A DNA stretch of 64,000 nt from an uncultured Phycisphaerales bacterium (GCA_963844715.1 CAWJPJ010000007.1:544001-608000), one strand, 5' to 3'; positions 1 to 11,176 are shown, counted from the stretch's first letter. The notes: generated by a model from the letters alone, not told the origin. Numbers and translations: made by a program.

Positions 1-463
1 GAGCTATGAATTCAACTTCAACTACGGCCCCCAGGGTGTTCTGCCGTATGGGCCTTCGGATAATCACGATTGGTGGGAAATTCCCGAAGCCAACGTGACT
101 CTCAAGGCGTCTGATCAGCTATCGTTCACCGCCGACGGCCTGGTCGGCAACGCGGCGCATCTTTCCACCTGGGACGACCTGGCGGGATATGTGACATACA
201 TCATCGACCCCCGCTGGGCGGTAAGCCTGCGTACGGAGTACTATCATGACGGGCATGGCGTCACGACCGGCGTGGGCGGCGGAGACGTCGACTACGGGGA
301 AGCGACCATTGGCGTGGCGATCACGCCGCTGCCCGGCGATGAATGGTTTGGCGGCTTGGTGATCCGTCCGGAACTTCGCTATGACTGGGCCGATCGAGCC
401 GTGTTCGACGCCTCGCACTCGACCCAGCTCACGAGCGCCATCGACGTTTACTACAAGTTCTAA
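1..463 (+). CDS. Outer-membrane beta-barrel porin (BBP2/DUF1597-like), 5' truncated by the window
   Basis: Frame is open from position 2. Alternating beta-strand pattern, motifs SLRTEYYHD and IRPELRYDW, and a terminal aromatic residue (DVYYKF). Confidence 0.7.
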   Translation, partial: SYEFNFNYGPQGVLPYGPSDNHDWWEIPEANVTLKASDQLSFTADGLVGNAAHLSTWDDLAGYVTYIIDPRWAVSLRTEYYHDGHGVTTGVGGGDVDYGEATIGVAITPLPGDEWFGGLVIRPELRYDWADRAVFDASHSTQLTSAIDVYYKF

Positions 464-580
464 CTTAAGTCGTGGCAATGGCGGGCCTCGTTGGCCGCGC
501 AGCGTCTTGCCCCCGATTTTTAAGGCATTTAGCGCACGATATGTCAGCCGTCGCGGGTTAGTGCATGAAACCGATTTTAG

Positions 581-609
581 TTGGATTGGATTGCCCGTCC
601 GTTTAGAAT
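581..609 (+). promoter_or_regulatory. Putative sigma70 promoter for the S53 protease gene
   Basis: TTGGAT (581-586), 17 nt spacer, TAGAAT (604-609). Confidence 0.4.
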
Positions 610-818
610 GGAAGTGGAAGTCAGGGTACTGAGGAACGGGGCTGCGACCGCGGAGAATGCCCGTTGCAGCGGCGGACGGACAAGGCAATCCGCTTTCGGA
701 AATGTTTGGGCTTTATCGCGTTGGTTCTTGTGTATTCCACACCAGCGCGGGGCGTTTCCGCCTAACCCATGAGGAAACTGCCGGGGGAGCTTTGGGATTT
801 GCGCAGGAGATGTGTTTT

Positions 819-3131
819 ATGTTGAGCCAAGCCAAGCGGCGGACGACGATTTACCGGTGCATCAGCGGCGTGGTGATGGAATCGCTGGAGGGCCGGCTGC
901 TGTTGTCGACCACCACCGCCCCGACGACGTCGGCGGACCTGCCGGACCCGATCGTTCCGATCAAGCTGCCGGAGGCGCCGCTTCCATTGCAGGGCATCGT
1001 GGGAACCCCGGAGAGCCTCTCTCCGGCAATGCTCAACACGACCTACGGGTTTGGCGAAATCGCATACAACGTGGGCGGAACCGACAGCGGTGGAACGCTC
1101 ATCGGGGGAACGGATTATCAGGGGAACGGGGCGGGAACGACGATTGCCATCGTTGATGCCTATGGAAGTCCGACGATCACCAGCGACCTGGAAACATTCG
1201 ATGCCCATTGGGGGATTAGCAACAACGACGCTGAGGGTAATTTCTGTCTGACGATTCAGCCGTTGGGTGGAGTCAACGTGAGCCCCGGGCCGGTGACATC
1301 CAACGCGGATTGGGCGACGGAGACTTCGCTCGATGTGGAGTGGGCGCACGCGGTAGCGCCGGCGCGCATATTCTCCTTGTGGAGTCCCCGGATCCGTCAC
1401 TGATACACATGTTCGACGCGGTCGTTTATGCCGCCGAGCAGCCGGGTGTCGTTGACGTTTCGATGAGTTGGGGGAGCGATGTCAATGCGACCGATTTCCC
1501 CAATGACCAGCCATGGATTTATGACGGGTATTTTGTCACTCCGGACGGCCACCTGGATTCGAACGGCGTCGCCGGGGGTGTGACGTTCCTGGCCTCCTCG
1601 GGAGATGATGGAGACCTCAGCTACCCAGCGGCTTCGTTTAACGTCGTGTCGGTCGGCGGGATGACGGTTAGCGTGGGTCTGGATGGAACGTTTCAAGATG
1701 AGGCGCCCTGGAACAATACGTACGGATCGAGCGGAGGCGGCGAGGATTCGATTTACGCCTCGGAATACAATACGCCATTCGTTTCCCTTGAGGCGGATCC
1801 GGTTACGGGCGTGTGGATGTATGACTCGACGCCTGACGACGGCGTGGCGGGATGGCAGGTTGTCGGCGGAACCAGTCTTGCGTGCCCGGTCTGGGCCGGG
1901 TATGTCGCCATCATCGATCAGGGAGTCATGCTCAGCGGCCGGGGATCGCTTCAGAGCGATACGGTGATCGATGATATCATCACCGCCGGCGAACAAAGCC
2001 CGGCTTACTTTATTGGCTCCTATGGCGGTCAGGCTCCGATGTATCCCCTGGGCATGGCGCCGTACCCCGACTTCCAGGCGATACCCTCGAACGGCAACAC
2101 GGGTTTCGGCGTCCCCAATGCGCTTTACTTCGACACGACCAATGACCTGGTCGCGAATCCATTCGCCAGTTACATCCTGGAGCATGATCCGGGTGCGACC
2201 CCGACGATTGCGTTTCAATCGTCGTCGATTCCTCAGCTTGCCTTTGTTCAAGGTCCCTCCAGCACGGTCGCGGGCCAGACGATTTCGCCGGCGATCACGG
2301 TTGATGAGACGGGCGGGACCCTCACCGGAACGGTCAGCATCGCGATCAGCCTGCTCAGTCCGTCCGGCAACGCGGATCTTCTGGGAACGACGACGGTTAC
2401 CGCTGTGAACGGGGTGGCAACTTTCAGTAATCTCGCCATCGATCAGGCGGGAACCTACGAACTTCAGGCCGCCGAGACCGGCGTGCTCGCGGGTATTTCG
2501 GGCCAGTTCACCGTCAGCGCGGCCGCCCCGGTTGATCTCGGTTTTATCACTCAGCCTTCGGCGACGTGGCAATTTGGACCCGTTACTCCGCCGGTCGTCG
2601 TTGGCATGGAGGATCAATTCGGAAATGTGGTCACCACCAGCACGAATCCGGTGAGCATCGTGATTGAATCGGGCCCCGCGGGGGCGGCTCTATCCGGTAG
2701 TACCACCGTTAACGCATCGGCCGGCCGGGCGACGTTCGACGATCTGGTCTTCAGCAAATCGGGCCAATACACAATTTTGGCCACCAGCGCCGGGCTGACG
2801 GGCGCGAACGAGCAACAGTTTCACGGTCGTCGGGATTCCCGCGACCGAGCGGTTCTTGTTTAACGGCGAGGCAATCGGTCCGGTGCTGATCCTTCAACAG
2901 GAACACCGCAATGCAACGTTGATCGCCGCGCAAGGCTCACCAAGCTCCGCGCAGATCGCGGCAGTCCCCGCCGCCGTGCCAGCCGTACCCGCGGTGATCG
3001 CCAGCGGCGCGGACGCCTCGGCCAACGCGACGCCTGCCGCGGCGGATTCGCCCGGTCCGCTGTTCAGCTTTATTCCGGTGAGTTCCTCGTCGAGCGACGA
3101 TGATCTCAACCAACTGCTCGCCGGAGATTAG
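819..3131 (+). CDS. LEPR-XLL-domain S53 (sedolisin-like) serine protease with two C-terminal Ig-like repeats; 2 frameshifts
   Basis: Joins ORFs 657..1403, 1310..2863 and 2856..3131. ESLEGRLLLS is the LEPR-XLL motif. S53 motifs: TIAIVDAY, ETSLDVEWAHAVAP (Glu/Asp), ASSGD (oxyanion Asp), GGTSLACP (Ser). Repeated G-x-ATFxxL-x-x-x-x-x-G-x-Y modules. Confidence 0.8.
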
Positions 3132-3153
3132 GCGGTTAGTCAAAAGGGGAAAA

Positions 3154-3225
3154 AGCGGGCGAACGGACTCGAACCGTCAACATCCTGCTTGGAAGGCAGG
3201 TGCTCTGCCATTGAGCTACGCCCGC
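3154..3225 (-). tRNA. tRNA-Gly (TCC), CCA not encoded
   Basis: Reverse complement GCGGGCGTAGCTCAATGGCAGAGCACCTGCCTTCCAAGCAGGATGTTGACGGTTCGAGTCCGTTCGCCCGCT folds as a cloverleaf with anticodon TCC and a GTTCGA T-loop. Confidence 0.97.
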
Positions 3226-3314
3226 AACGCCGCCTCAGCGGCGGAAATTCCAATGATAAATGATAAGTGACGATTGGCCAAACGGTCGGCGGCCGACGTT
3301 TTTGCCAGTAAATG

Positions 3315-3884
3315 CTAGAGCGTTTTTCCGCCGACAGTTACCGGAATCCCGGTCGGCTGGGCGGCCGGGGAATAGCTCGGCTCGATCGCCAGTTGCATGG
3401 GGCGTCGGCGCCCGGCGGGGGGAAGGCCGTCTTCGTCGATGATCCGCTGAATGGCCATGATCCCCTCGATGAGGGTCTCCGGGCGCGGTGGGCAGCCGGG
3501 CACGTAAACGTCCACCGGCATGAACTGGTCGATTCCCTGGATCGTCGCATAGGCGTCGAATACGCCGCCGGTGCTGGCGCACGCCCCCATCGAGATCACC
3601 CACTTCGGCTCGGTCATCTGCTGATAAATGTGTTGCAGGACGGGCATCATCTTGATGGTGACCCGGCCGGCAACGATGAGCAGGTCACTCTGGCGCGGGC
3701 TGAATCGCATCGCCTCGGCGCCGAAGCGGGCCAGGTCGTAGCGGCTGGATGCGGTCGCCATGAGTTCGATCCCGCAGCATGCTGTGGCAAATGGCATCGG
3801 CCAAAGCGAGCTTCGCCGCGCCCAATTCACCACTTTCTTGAGCTGCGTCGTCAAGACGTTATCGGGCAGTGTTTGCGTATCCAT
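3315..3884 (-). CDS. nuoB: NADH-quinone oxidoreductase subunit B
   Basis: Motifs [51 protein letters not shown]. Start MDTQ follows GGAG. Confidence 0.97.
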   Translation of the reverse strand: MDTQTLPDNVLTTQLKKVVNWARRSSLWPMPFATACCGIELMATASSRYDLARFGAEAMRFSPRQSDLLIVAGRVTIKMMPVLQHIYQQMTEPKWVISMGACASTGGVFDAYATIQGIDQFMPVDVYVPGCPPRPETLIEGIMAIQRIIDEDGLPPAGRRRPMQLAIEPSYSPAAQPTGIPVTVGGKTL

Positions 3885-3931
3885 ACCGTCACTCCATCGG
3901 ACGCATCGTGATGATAGGTGAATTATTGGCG

Positions 3932-4345
3932 TCAATCCCAGCGGAATACGCCCTTCCCCCAGGCGTAGAAGTACGCAACCAGCAGGATCACGACGAATAC
4001 GACCATTTCCATGAGAAGGAGCAGGCCGGCTTTGTGGCCGGAATCACGCACGTGGCGGGCGAAAATCGTGGCCCAGGGATAGAAAAAGATGATTTCGACA
4101 TCGAACACCAGGAAGATCATGGCAACGATGTAGAAGCGGACATTGAAGCGGCGGTGGGCATCGCCGACCGGGATCATGCCGCTTTCGTAGGTGACTTCCT
4201 TGCCAGGGCCGGTGCGTTTTGGCCCGAGGATGATGGAGGCGGCGATGTTGACGACGGCGAAGCCGACGCCGACCACCAGGAGGACCACCACCGGCAGCCA
4301 GCCGGCCAGGGGGGAGGAGAATTCAGCCAAAACGGGGGCGGCCAT
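3932..4345 (-). CDS. nuoA: NADH-quinone oxidoreductase subunit A
   Basis: [23 protein letters not shown], terminal KGVFRWD; three hydrophobic helices. Confidence 0.96.
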   Translation of the reverse strand: MAAPVLAEFSSPLAGWLPVVVLLVVGVGFAVVNIAASIILGPKRTGPGKEVTYESGMIPVGDAHRRFNVRFYIVAMIFLVFDVEIIFFYPWATIFARHVRDSGHKAGLLLLMEMVVFVVILLVAYFYAWGKGVFRWD

Positions 4346-4410
4346 GGGTGAAAATGTATGCGCTGGCGGCGGATTTGCAACAGATATCGGCCGCCTACTA
4401 ATCTACGGGT

Positions 4411-5664
4411 ATGAAAATATGCCTCGTCGCCCAGAACGCATCGCTGAAATTCGGCGGCGAGGCAAGTCTGCCTTGGCTGCTATTCAAGCATTTGCGGGCT
4501 CGGGGGGAGGATGTGCACCTGGTCGCCCACGGGCCGCACCTCTGAGGAAGTCCTGGCGGGGTTTCCCGACGACAGGGACCGGCTGCATTTTGCCGCCGGA
4601 GACGGGCTTGGACCGGTTTTTGTGGAAAATCGGATCACTGCTGCCGGGGAAGATCGACGCCCAGACGTTCACGATTTTGCGGCATATTCATAACCAGCGA
4701 TTGCAAAAACGAATCGTCCGCCGACTCATCGCGGAGCGGGGGATCGAAATCGTGCATGAGATCAATCCCGTGTCGCCCAAGCAGGTGAGTCTGATGTACG
4801 GGCTCGGGGTGCCGGTCGTGATCGGGCCGCTGGCGGGGGGAATGAAATATCCGCGGGCATTCGCGGATATGGAATCGGCTGCGGAGCGCGATTGTTGAAG
4901 CGGGCGGACGGAGGCTGGCGCAATTTCTCAATGTCCTTTGGCCTGGGAAGCGAAAGGCGGCGGGATTGATCGTCGCGAACGATCAGGCGCGGGATGCGCT
5001 GCCTAAGGGCGCGGGCGGGAAAATCTTTTATGTTCCGGATGTCGGCGTCGATCTGAGCGTCTGGGCCGGCGAGGCGGAGCCCGCGCAGCGGCCGGATGAC
5101 TCAGTTCGATTCGTTTATCTCGGGCGCCTGGCGGAGTGGAAAGGGGTCAAATATCTGTTGGAGGCGTTCAGCGCCGTAGCCGATCAAAATCCGTCCGCGC
5201 ACCTGGATATCCTCGGCGACGGCGAGATGCGCGACGCACTGGAAGAACAATCGCGCAGGATTGAATCTCACGGATCGCGTGACGTTCGTCGGGTGGGTTT
5301 CGGCGGCCGACGGGGCGCGGCGATTGCGCGCGGCGGATGTTCTGGTGCTCCCGAGCCTGCACGAAGTCGGGGGGATCGTGATCCTGGAAGCGATGGCGGC
5401 GGGACTGCCTGTCATCGCCACCGATTGGGGCGGGCCGGCGACTGCACGTGACGGATGAAATCGGGATTCGCGTGAAGCCCGATAGCAAGGATGGATTCGT
5501 CAACGGACTGGCCGGCGCCATGATCCGCCTGGCGGGCTCACCGGAATTGCGGCCGCGGCATGGGGCTGGCGGGCAGAAAGCGCGTCGGCGAAAATTTGTA
5601 TGATTGGGACGCCAAAACCGGGCGGTTTCTGGAAATCTACGGTGAATTGATCGGGAAGGTATGA
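4411..5664 (+). CDS. Glycosyltransferase family 4; several frameshifts
   Basis: Starts MKICLVAQNASLKFGGEA at 4411. Later fragments: FVYLGRLAEWKG, ADVLVLPSLHEVGGIVILEAMAAGLPVIATDWGG. Confidence 0.8.
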
Positions 5665-6983
5665 TGAAGGTCATGGAGTTGGCCGCCAGGATCGCGGACA
5701 AATCGGCGCTGGTCGGCGTGGTCGGCCTGGGGTACGTCGGCCTGCCGCTGCTGGCGGCGTTTCATCGCGCGGGATTCGCGGTCATCGGCTTCGACAACGA
5801 CCCTAAAAAGATCGTCGCGCTCGAGCGCGGCGAAAATTATCTGAAACATCTCGGCGCCGATCTGGTCCGGCAGATGCGAGGAGCGGGAAGATTTTCGGCG
5901 ACCGCCGATTTCTCGCGGTTGAAGGAACCCGACGCGATCTTGATCTGCGTCCCGACGCCGCTCGGGAACCATCTCGAACCCGATTTGAGTTTCATCGAAA
6001 ACACGACGGACCATATTGCGGCCACGCTTCGGCCCGGACAGCTCGTCGTGCTGGAATCGACCACGTACCCCCGCACGACCCGGCAGATCGTCCTTCCGCG
6101 ACTGGAAGCCGGCGGATTGAAATGTGGGAAGGACTTCTATCTCGCTTTTTCGCCGGAGCGCGAAGATCCGGGGCGGAAGGACTTTTCGACGGCCTCGATT
6201 CCGAAACTTGTCGGCGGAATCGATGCACCGTCCACGGAAATTGCCGCCGCTCTCTACCGCCAGGCGATTGAAAAAGTGATTCCCGTCGCGTCGGCGGAGA
6301 TCGCCGAATCCGCGAAGCTGCTCGAAAATATCTATCGCGCCGTCAACATCGCGCTGGTCAACGAGATGAAGATGGTTCTGACCGCGATGGATATCGACGT
6401 CTGGCAGGTGATCGCCGCGGCCAGCACCAAGCCCTTCGGTTTCCAGCCGTTTTTTCCCGGGCCGGGATTGGGCGGGCATTGCATTCCGATCGATCCGTTT
6501 TATCTCTCGTGGAAGGCGCGCGAAGTCGGCATGCCGACGAAATTCATTGAGCTGGCGGGCCAGGTCAATCACGCCATGCCGGATTATGTCGTGCAGAGAA
6601 CGGCACTGGCGCTGAACGAGCGCGGGAAGGCGGTCAAAGGCTCCAAGATTCTGATCCTTGGCCTGGCCTATAAGCCGGACGTCGACGACGTTCGCGAAAG
6701 CCCGAGTTTTGAACTGATCGAAAAACTGACGGAACTCGGCGCGACGGTGGACTATAACGACCCGCACGTCCCGGCCACGCACAAAATGCGCAAGTATGAT
6801 TTGAACATGCGCAGCGTACTCATAACGAAGGAATCGCTCGCGCAATACGATTGCGTCCTGGTCTCAACTCATCACTCCGCGTACGACTGGCAGATGATCG
6901 CGGACCACTCAAAATTGATCATCGATACGCGCGGGGCCATGCGAAATGTGCAAGGCCGCCGCGACCATATCGTCTCGGCTTAA
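5661..6983 (+). CDS. Nucleotide-sugar (UDP-HexNAc type) 6-dehydrogenase, WbpA/WecC family
   Basis: GLGYVG, ICVPTP, ESTTYP, FSPEREDPG, KLLENIYR, GLGGHCIPIDP, GLAYKPDVDDVRESP. Confidence 0.93.
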   Translation: MMKVMELAARIADKSALVGVVGLGYVGLPLLAAFHRAGFAVIGFDNDPKKIVALERGENYLKHLGADLVRQMRGAGRFSATADFSRLKEPDAILICVPTPLGNHLEPDLSFIENTTDHIAATLRPGQLVVLESTTYPRTTRQIVLPRLEAGGLKCGKDFYLAFSPEREDPGRKDFSTASIPKLVGGIDAPSTEIAAALYRQAIEKVIPVASAEIAESAKLLENIYRAVNIALVNEMKMVLTAMDIDVWQVIAAASTKPFGFQPFFPGPGLGGHCIPIDPFYLSWKAREVGMPTKFIELAGQVNHAMPDYVVQRTALALNERGKAVKGSKILILGLAYKPDVDDVRESPSFELIEKLTELGATVDYNDPHVPATHKMRKYDLNMRSVLITKESLAQYDCVLVSTHHSAYDWQMIADHSKLIIDTRGAMRNVQGRRDHIVSA

Positions 6984-7001
6984 GCGTGGCGTGCTGCCGC
7001 G

Positions 7002-7010
7002 TGGTATAAT
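7002..7010 (+). promoter_or_regulatory. Extended -10 promoter element for hicBA
   Basis: TGgTATAAT 20 nt upstream of the hicB ATG; AGGAG RBS follows. Confidence 0.55.
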
Positions 7011-7029
7011 TGGAGCCAGGAGACCCCCC

Positions 7030-7236
7030 ATGAAACAGACGTTCACCGCCCGGGTTTGGAAAGAGGAAGATTGGTTCATCGCCCAGTGCGTCGAGGTGGA
7101 TGTCGCCAGCCAGGGACGCACCGAGGAAGAAGCCTTGGCCAATCTCCGCGAGGCGTTGGAACTTCATTTCGAGCCGCCGACCGCGACCATCACGCCCAAG
7201 ATCGCCCACATTGAGGTGGAACTTGGCACGGCTTAG
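7030..7236 (+). CDS. hicB: HicB-family antitoxin (short form, no DNA-binding domain)
   Basis: FTARVWKEEDWFIAQC...VASQGRTEEEALANLREALELH; 68 aa. Confidence 0.88.
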   Translation: MKQTFTARVWKEEDWFIAQCVEVDVASQGRTEEEALANLREALELHFEPPTATITPKIAHIEVELGTA

Positions 7237-7448
7237 GCCACTCCCCTTTCGCGAGGTTCGGCGCAAAACTCATCGCAGCGGGATTTGTTCAAGTCGGTCA
7301 GCGCGGAAGCCACGTGAAATTCGCTCGGGTGACTTCAGAAGGGACTCGAACGGCAATCGTACCGAATCACGCCGAAGTGCGTCTGGGAACCTTGAGAAGC
7401 GTTCTGAATCAGGCGGGTTTGACACCCGAACAGTTCATCGCGCTTTAA
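7223..7448 (+). CDS. hicA: HicA-family mRNA interferase toxin; 1 frameshift in the A-run near 7265
   Basis: Corrected reading MARLRPLPFREVRRKLIAAGFVQVGQRGSHVKF...TAIVPNHAEVRLGTLRSVLNQAGL, with the GSH and VPxH motifs. Overlaps hicB. Confidence 0.85.
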
Positions 7449-7455
7449 GGACTCG

Positions 7456-8092
7456 ATGACGGCCTTGCGGATCATTGCGGGATTGATCATTCTTGCAACC
7501 CTTGCGATGGTCGATCTGCGAGCGCCACGGCCGCGCGGCGACGCGCTGGCGCGAATACGCCTTCCTGTTGTTATGCGTCATCGTCGCCATCGGCTATGGG
7601 ATCGCCAACGATCAAATGACCTCGCGCATTTCGTGGGAATATTTTTATTATGGGAAGGAACTCGGGCCGATCCTCGGTCCAAAAACTCCGCCCGACATGA
7701 CGGCTCTGCATTGGCAAGCCGTGCGCATCGGCGCGGAAGCCACCTGGGCCGCCGGACTCATCGCCGGCGTGGCGATGCTCCTGGCGAATAATCCGCGTCC
7801 CGATCGTCCGCAGCTTTCCTTTCTGAGACTGGCCTTATGTCTGCCAAGCTTTATCGCCATCGCGGCGGCAATGGGGATCGTGTTCGGCGCGGTCGGCGCC
7901 TGCGGATGGCTCAACTGGATTAGCGAGGACTTCGGCGCCCTCTTCAAGGCGAATCTCTGGCGACCGACGCACTTCATGGCCGTCTTCGGCGTTCATCTTG
8001 GCGGGTATATCGGCGGGCTGATGGGAATCGCTTACAATGTGGTGCGCATCACGCGAACGCGAAAATTGAATTTGACCCAAGGAGTGTCATGA
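7456..8092 (+). CDS. Hypothetical multi-pass membrane protein; frameshifted near the N-terminus
   Basis: MTALRIIAGLIILATL (7456) joins ORF 7493..8092, which has about 4 further hydrophobic segments. Confidence 0.6.
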
Positions 8093-8268
8093 GTCCGCAA
8101 AACCGCTCGCCGAGGCAATTCCCCGCTCCCCCGCGATTGCTGGTTTTGGCACTGTTTGCGGTGGTCGGATTGTTGTGGGGGAATCACTTGGCTAATGAGA
8201 AACGGACGATTCAGCCTCCCGCGCGTCCGTCAACTGCGGCGTCGCCGAGCGTCGCCACGCAGCCGTGA
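8089..8268 (+). CDS. Small single-TM protein (59 aa), below the ORF-track cut-off
   Basis: GGAG RBS and ATGA overlap with the upstream stop. MSPQNRSPRQFPAPPRLLVLALFAVVGLLWGNHLANEKRTIQPPARPSTAASPSVATQP. Confidence 0.6.
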   Translation: MSPQNRSPRQFPAPPRLLVLALFAVVGLLWGNHLANEKRTIQPPARPSTAASPSVATQP

Positions 8269-8272
8269 CGCA

Positions 8273-8860
8273 TTATCCCTCGGGAGTATCCAGCAGGGAT
8301 TGCAGCCGGTCTCCCAATTCACCTGGGAAGCGGGCCGGCCATGTGGAATCCAATAGGCCCGCATCAATCAAATCCCGCAAATGCACGCGGTCTTTATCGC
8401 GGAACGCCGTCAGCTTGATTTGCACCAGCGCTTGCAGCGACAGCACTCGGAATTTATCGGCCGATTCCGAGGCGGTCACGTCGGGATTCGCCGCCGACTC
8501 ATGATCGCGCACTTTTTCGTTGGCGAAGATCAGATGCACGGCGTCGCGCGCCTTGGCTCGGGGTCCGTCCAGAAAAACATCCATGCCCGCGGTGTGCCTA
8601 AATATGAAACCGGCGGCTTCGAGGGCCGCTTTAACCGAATTCAAATCGGACCGGCGGACGAGAATATCGACGTCCTGCGTATTTCGAACCGCCGATTCGT
8701 CGACGCGCGAAACCCACAACGCGACGGCATTCCCACCCGCGACAGCGTAAGGCACCTTGGCCGCTTCTAGCGCGGCGGCGGCGCGTAAAAGTCGCTGACG
8801 CACTTTTTCCACGGCATTCACCATCCTATCAAGTGAAAATGGGCCGGGGACAACGGTCAT
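8273..8860 (-). CDS. Nucleotidyltransferase-superfamily protein
   Basis: YAVAGGNAV...RNTQDVDILV (GG-x-D-x-D pol-beta-type motif); KLTAFRDKDRVHL. Confidence 0.7.
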   Translation of the reverse strand: MTVVPGPFSLDRMVNAVEKVRQRLLRAAAALEAAKVPYAVAGGNAVALWVSRVDESAVRNTQDVDILVRRSDLNSVKAALEAAGFIFRHTAGMDVFLDGPRAKARDAVHLIFANEKVRDHESAANPDVTASESADKFRVLSLQALVQIKLTAFRDKDRVHLRDLIDAGLLDSTWPARFPGELGDRLQSLLDTPEG

Positions 8861-8896
8861 GGGCGGATCCCTATGATATCCCGCCCCGCCTGCGAA

Positions 8897-9879
8897 TCAC
8901 AACGCCGAGCGATACCACTGCATTGTGACATCCAACCCCGGCGAGAAATCGACGATGGGGGAATAGCCGAGGATGCTTTTGGCCAAGGAGAGATCGGCCA
9001 GGGAGTGTTTCACGTCGCCGGCGCGTTCCGGGGCGTGGATGGGAGTCAGGTCGGGTCGTTTGAGCCATGCGGCCATTTGCCGGGCCAGTTCGTTGACGCT
9101 GATTCGTCCGCCACAGGCGATGTTGATCACGGCGCCGCCAATGGGGGTTGGGGATTTGGCGGCCAGGAGATTGGCGTGGACGACGTTGTCGACGAATGTG
9201 AAATCGCGGGATTGTTCGCCGTCGCCGAAGATGCTGGGCCGTTTGCCGGCGAGGAGCGATTTGGCGAAGGCGGCGATCACGGCGGCGTAAGCGTTGTCCG
9301 CGCTTTCGCGCGGGCCGAAGATATTGAAGTAGCGCAGGCTTGCCGTGTCGATCGGGAAACTGGCGGCGTAGGCGGCCATCAGCGCCTCGCACGCGGCTTT
9401 GTTCGCGGCATAGGGGCTGCGCGGGCGGGGGGCATTGATTCCACCTTGGGGAGCGTGGGGCTGTCGCCGTAGGCGCTGCTGCTGGCGGCGAACATGACAC
9501 GCTTCACGCCTGCGGTGCGGGCGGCTTCCAGTACATTCAACGTGCCTGTGGAATTAACCTCGTGATAGTGACGCGGTTGTTCAATGCTTCGCGGTACGGA
9601 ACCCAGCGCGGCCTGGTGGAACACGAATTTCCTTCCATCGACACATTGCTGAAGGAGCGGCTGATCGAGGATCGAGCCTTTCGCAAATTTCACGTCTTTG
9701 GGAAGCGCCTCCGGATTTCCACCGCCGGAAAGATCGTCCAGGACGGTGACTTTCGCGCCCAGTTCGTTTAGAGCGGTTGCCAGATGGGAGCCGATGAAGC
9801 CGGCTCCTCCGGTGACGAGGACAGAACTGTTTTCAAAATCGCCGCCGTGGAGCTTTTTCCAATTCGTCAAGTTTGACAT
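8897..9879 (-). CDS. NAD-dependent sugar epimerase (UDP-GlcNAc/Glc 4-epimerase-like, extended SDR); frameshifted near 9400
   Basis: VTGGAGFIGSH, HQAALGSVPRS, ASSSAYGD, LRYFNIFGPR, GDGEQSRDFTFVDNVV. Confidence 0.9.
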
Positions 9880-9920
9880 GTGGGCCGCTAATTTACGGGA
9901 ACACGGGCGGAATAGACAAC

Positions 9921-11034
9921 CTATGCAACTGAGCCGATCAGTCGGCGGTAGAGGGCGAGGGTTTGTTCCACCTGTCGCGCGTAACTAAAATTCGATCGGA
10001 TATGTTCCGCGGCCGCCGCTCCCATGCGGGCAAGCGCCACCTTATCGGCTAGAAATTCCATGGCCTCGGCGATGAACGCATCGTGATCGATCGGCGTGGA
10101 TCGCCCGGTCACATTTTCCGGGATCAGTTCATGTGTGCCGCTGGTCGCGGTGCGCAGGACGGGCAATCCCGTGCACATGGCCTCGGCACAGGCCAACGAA
10201 AACCCTTCGCGGGCCGACGGCAGAAGCAGGGCATCCGCGGCATGATAAAGCGGCAGCGGATCGCGCCGGCCGAGGAGGGTCACGCGGGCACCCAGCCCGT
10301 CCTTTTCGATCCGGGCGCGAAGAGCCGCTTCATTGGGGCCGTCCCCGGCCATCAAGATTCGCAGTTTTGGCAGTTTGGCGACCGATTTTTGGGCCAGGTC
10401 CAGAAGCCAGGCCTCGTTTTTGGGGTCTTCCAGTCTTCCGACGTACAGGGCAATCAGGTCATCGTCTTTCAATCCCAAATTCTGGCGAGCCGACTGTGCG
10501 CGCCTCGGAGTCGTGCTTCGGAAACTTCGCGGGATCGATGCCGTGCGGAATAATCGTGATCCGGTCGGCGGGCACGCGGGCCTGTTCGGTCAGCCATTGC
10601 CCGGCGTCCTCGGACGGGGCGTGGACATGATCCCCAAAATCGCTGAGCCATCCCCACGGCCCGCCGAGCGGAATGTGGGATAAATGCAGCGTGTAAAGCA
10701 GGGGGGCGCGGTTGGTGCGCTGAAGCCGGCGAGCCACCAGGGTCGTCTTGCGATAATGCGCGTGCAGAATGTCGACGGGATGATCCTGGAGATAGCGGCG
10801 GAGGATTTTCGTTGCCCGGGGCAGTTGGAGAAGGCTGCTCCCCAGGGGCGCGTCAATCCACGGCCATGGGACATTTTGGAACATTTCGTGCCAGGCGCCG
10901 CGCTGGCCGGCGATGGCGACTTCATGTCCTTCGGCGACGCAGGCGTGGCATAAATCGTACAAATACCGGCTGACTCCGCCGGCGTCGCTGGCGGCGGTCA
11001 AATGCAGGATTCGCAAAGGCTTCGGGCTGTTCAT
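9921..11034 (-). CDS. Glycosyltransferase family 4; frameshifted near 10480
   Basis: LRILHLTAASDAGGVSRY, TIIPHGID, YVGRLEDPKN, PSAREGFSLACAEAMCTGLPV. Confidence 0.88.
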
Positions 11035-11176
11035 CGGCGACGAGATTATCGTCATTCTCTGCCTTGTGAGCCGATTACCACCGGCGGAAGTTCCACTGTA
11101 TAAATGCCGACATCTTAAACACCCAGCCCCCAAGCGGCGAGGCGGCGAAACGGCGGGGGAGGCATGAGGCGTCTGC

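Noticed and set aside
1..3225. Genomic island integrated at tRNA-Gly
   Set aside because: No integrase and no duplicated tRNA 3' end seen in the window; the flanking genes look native.
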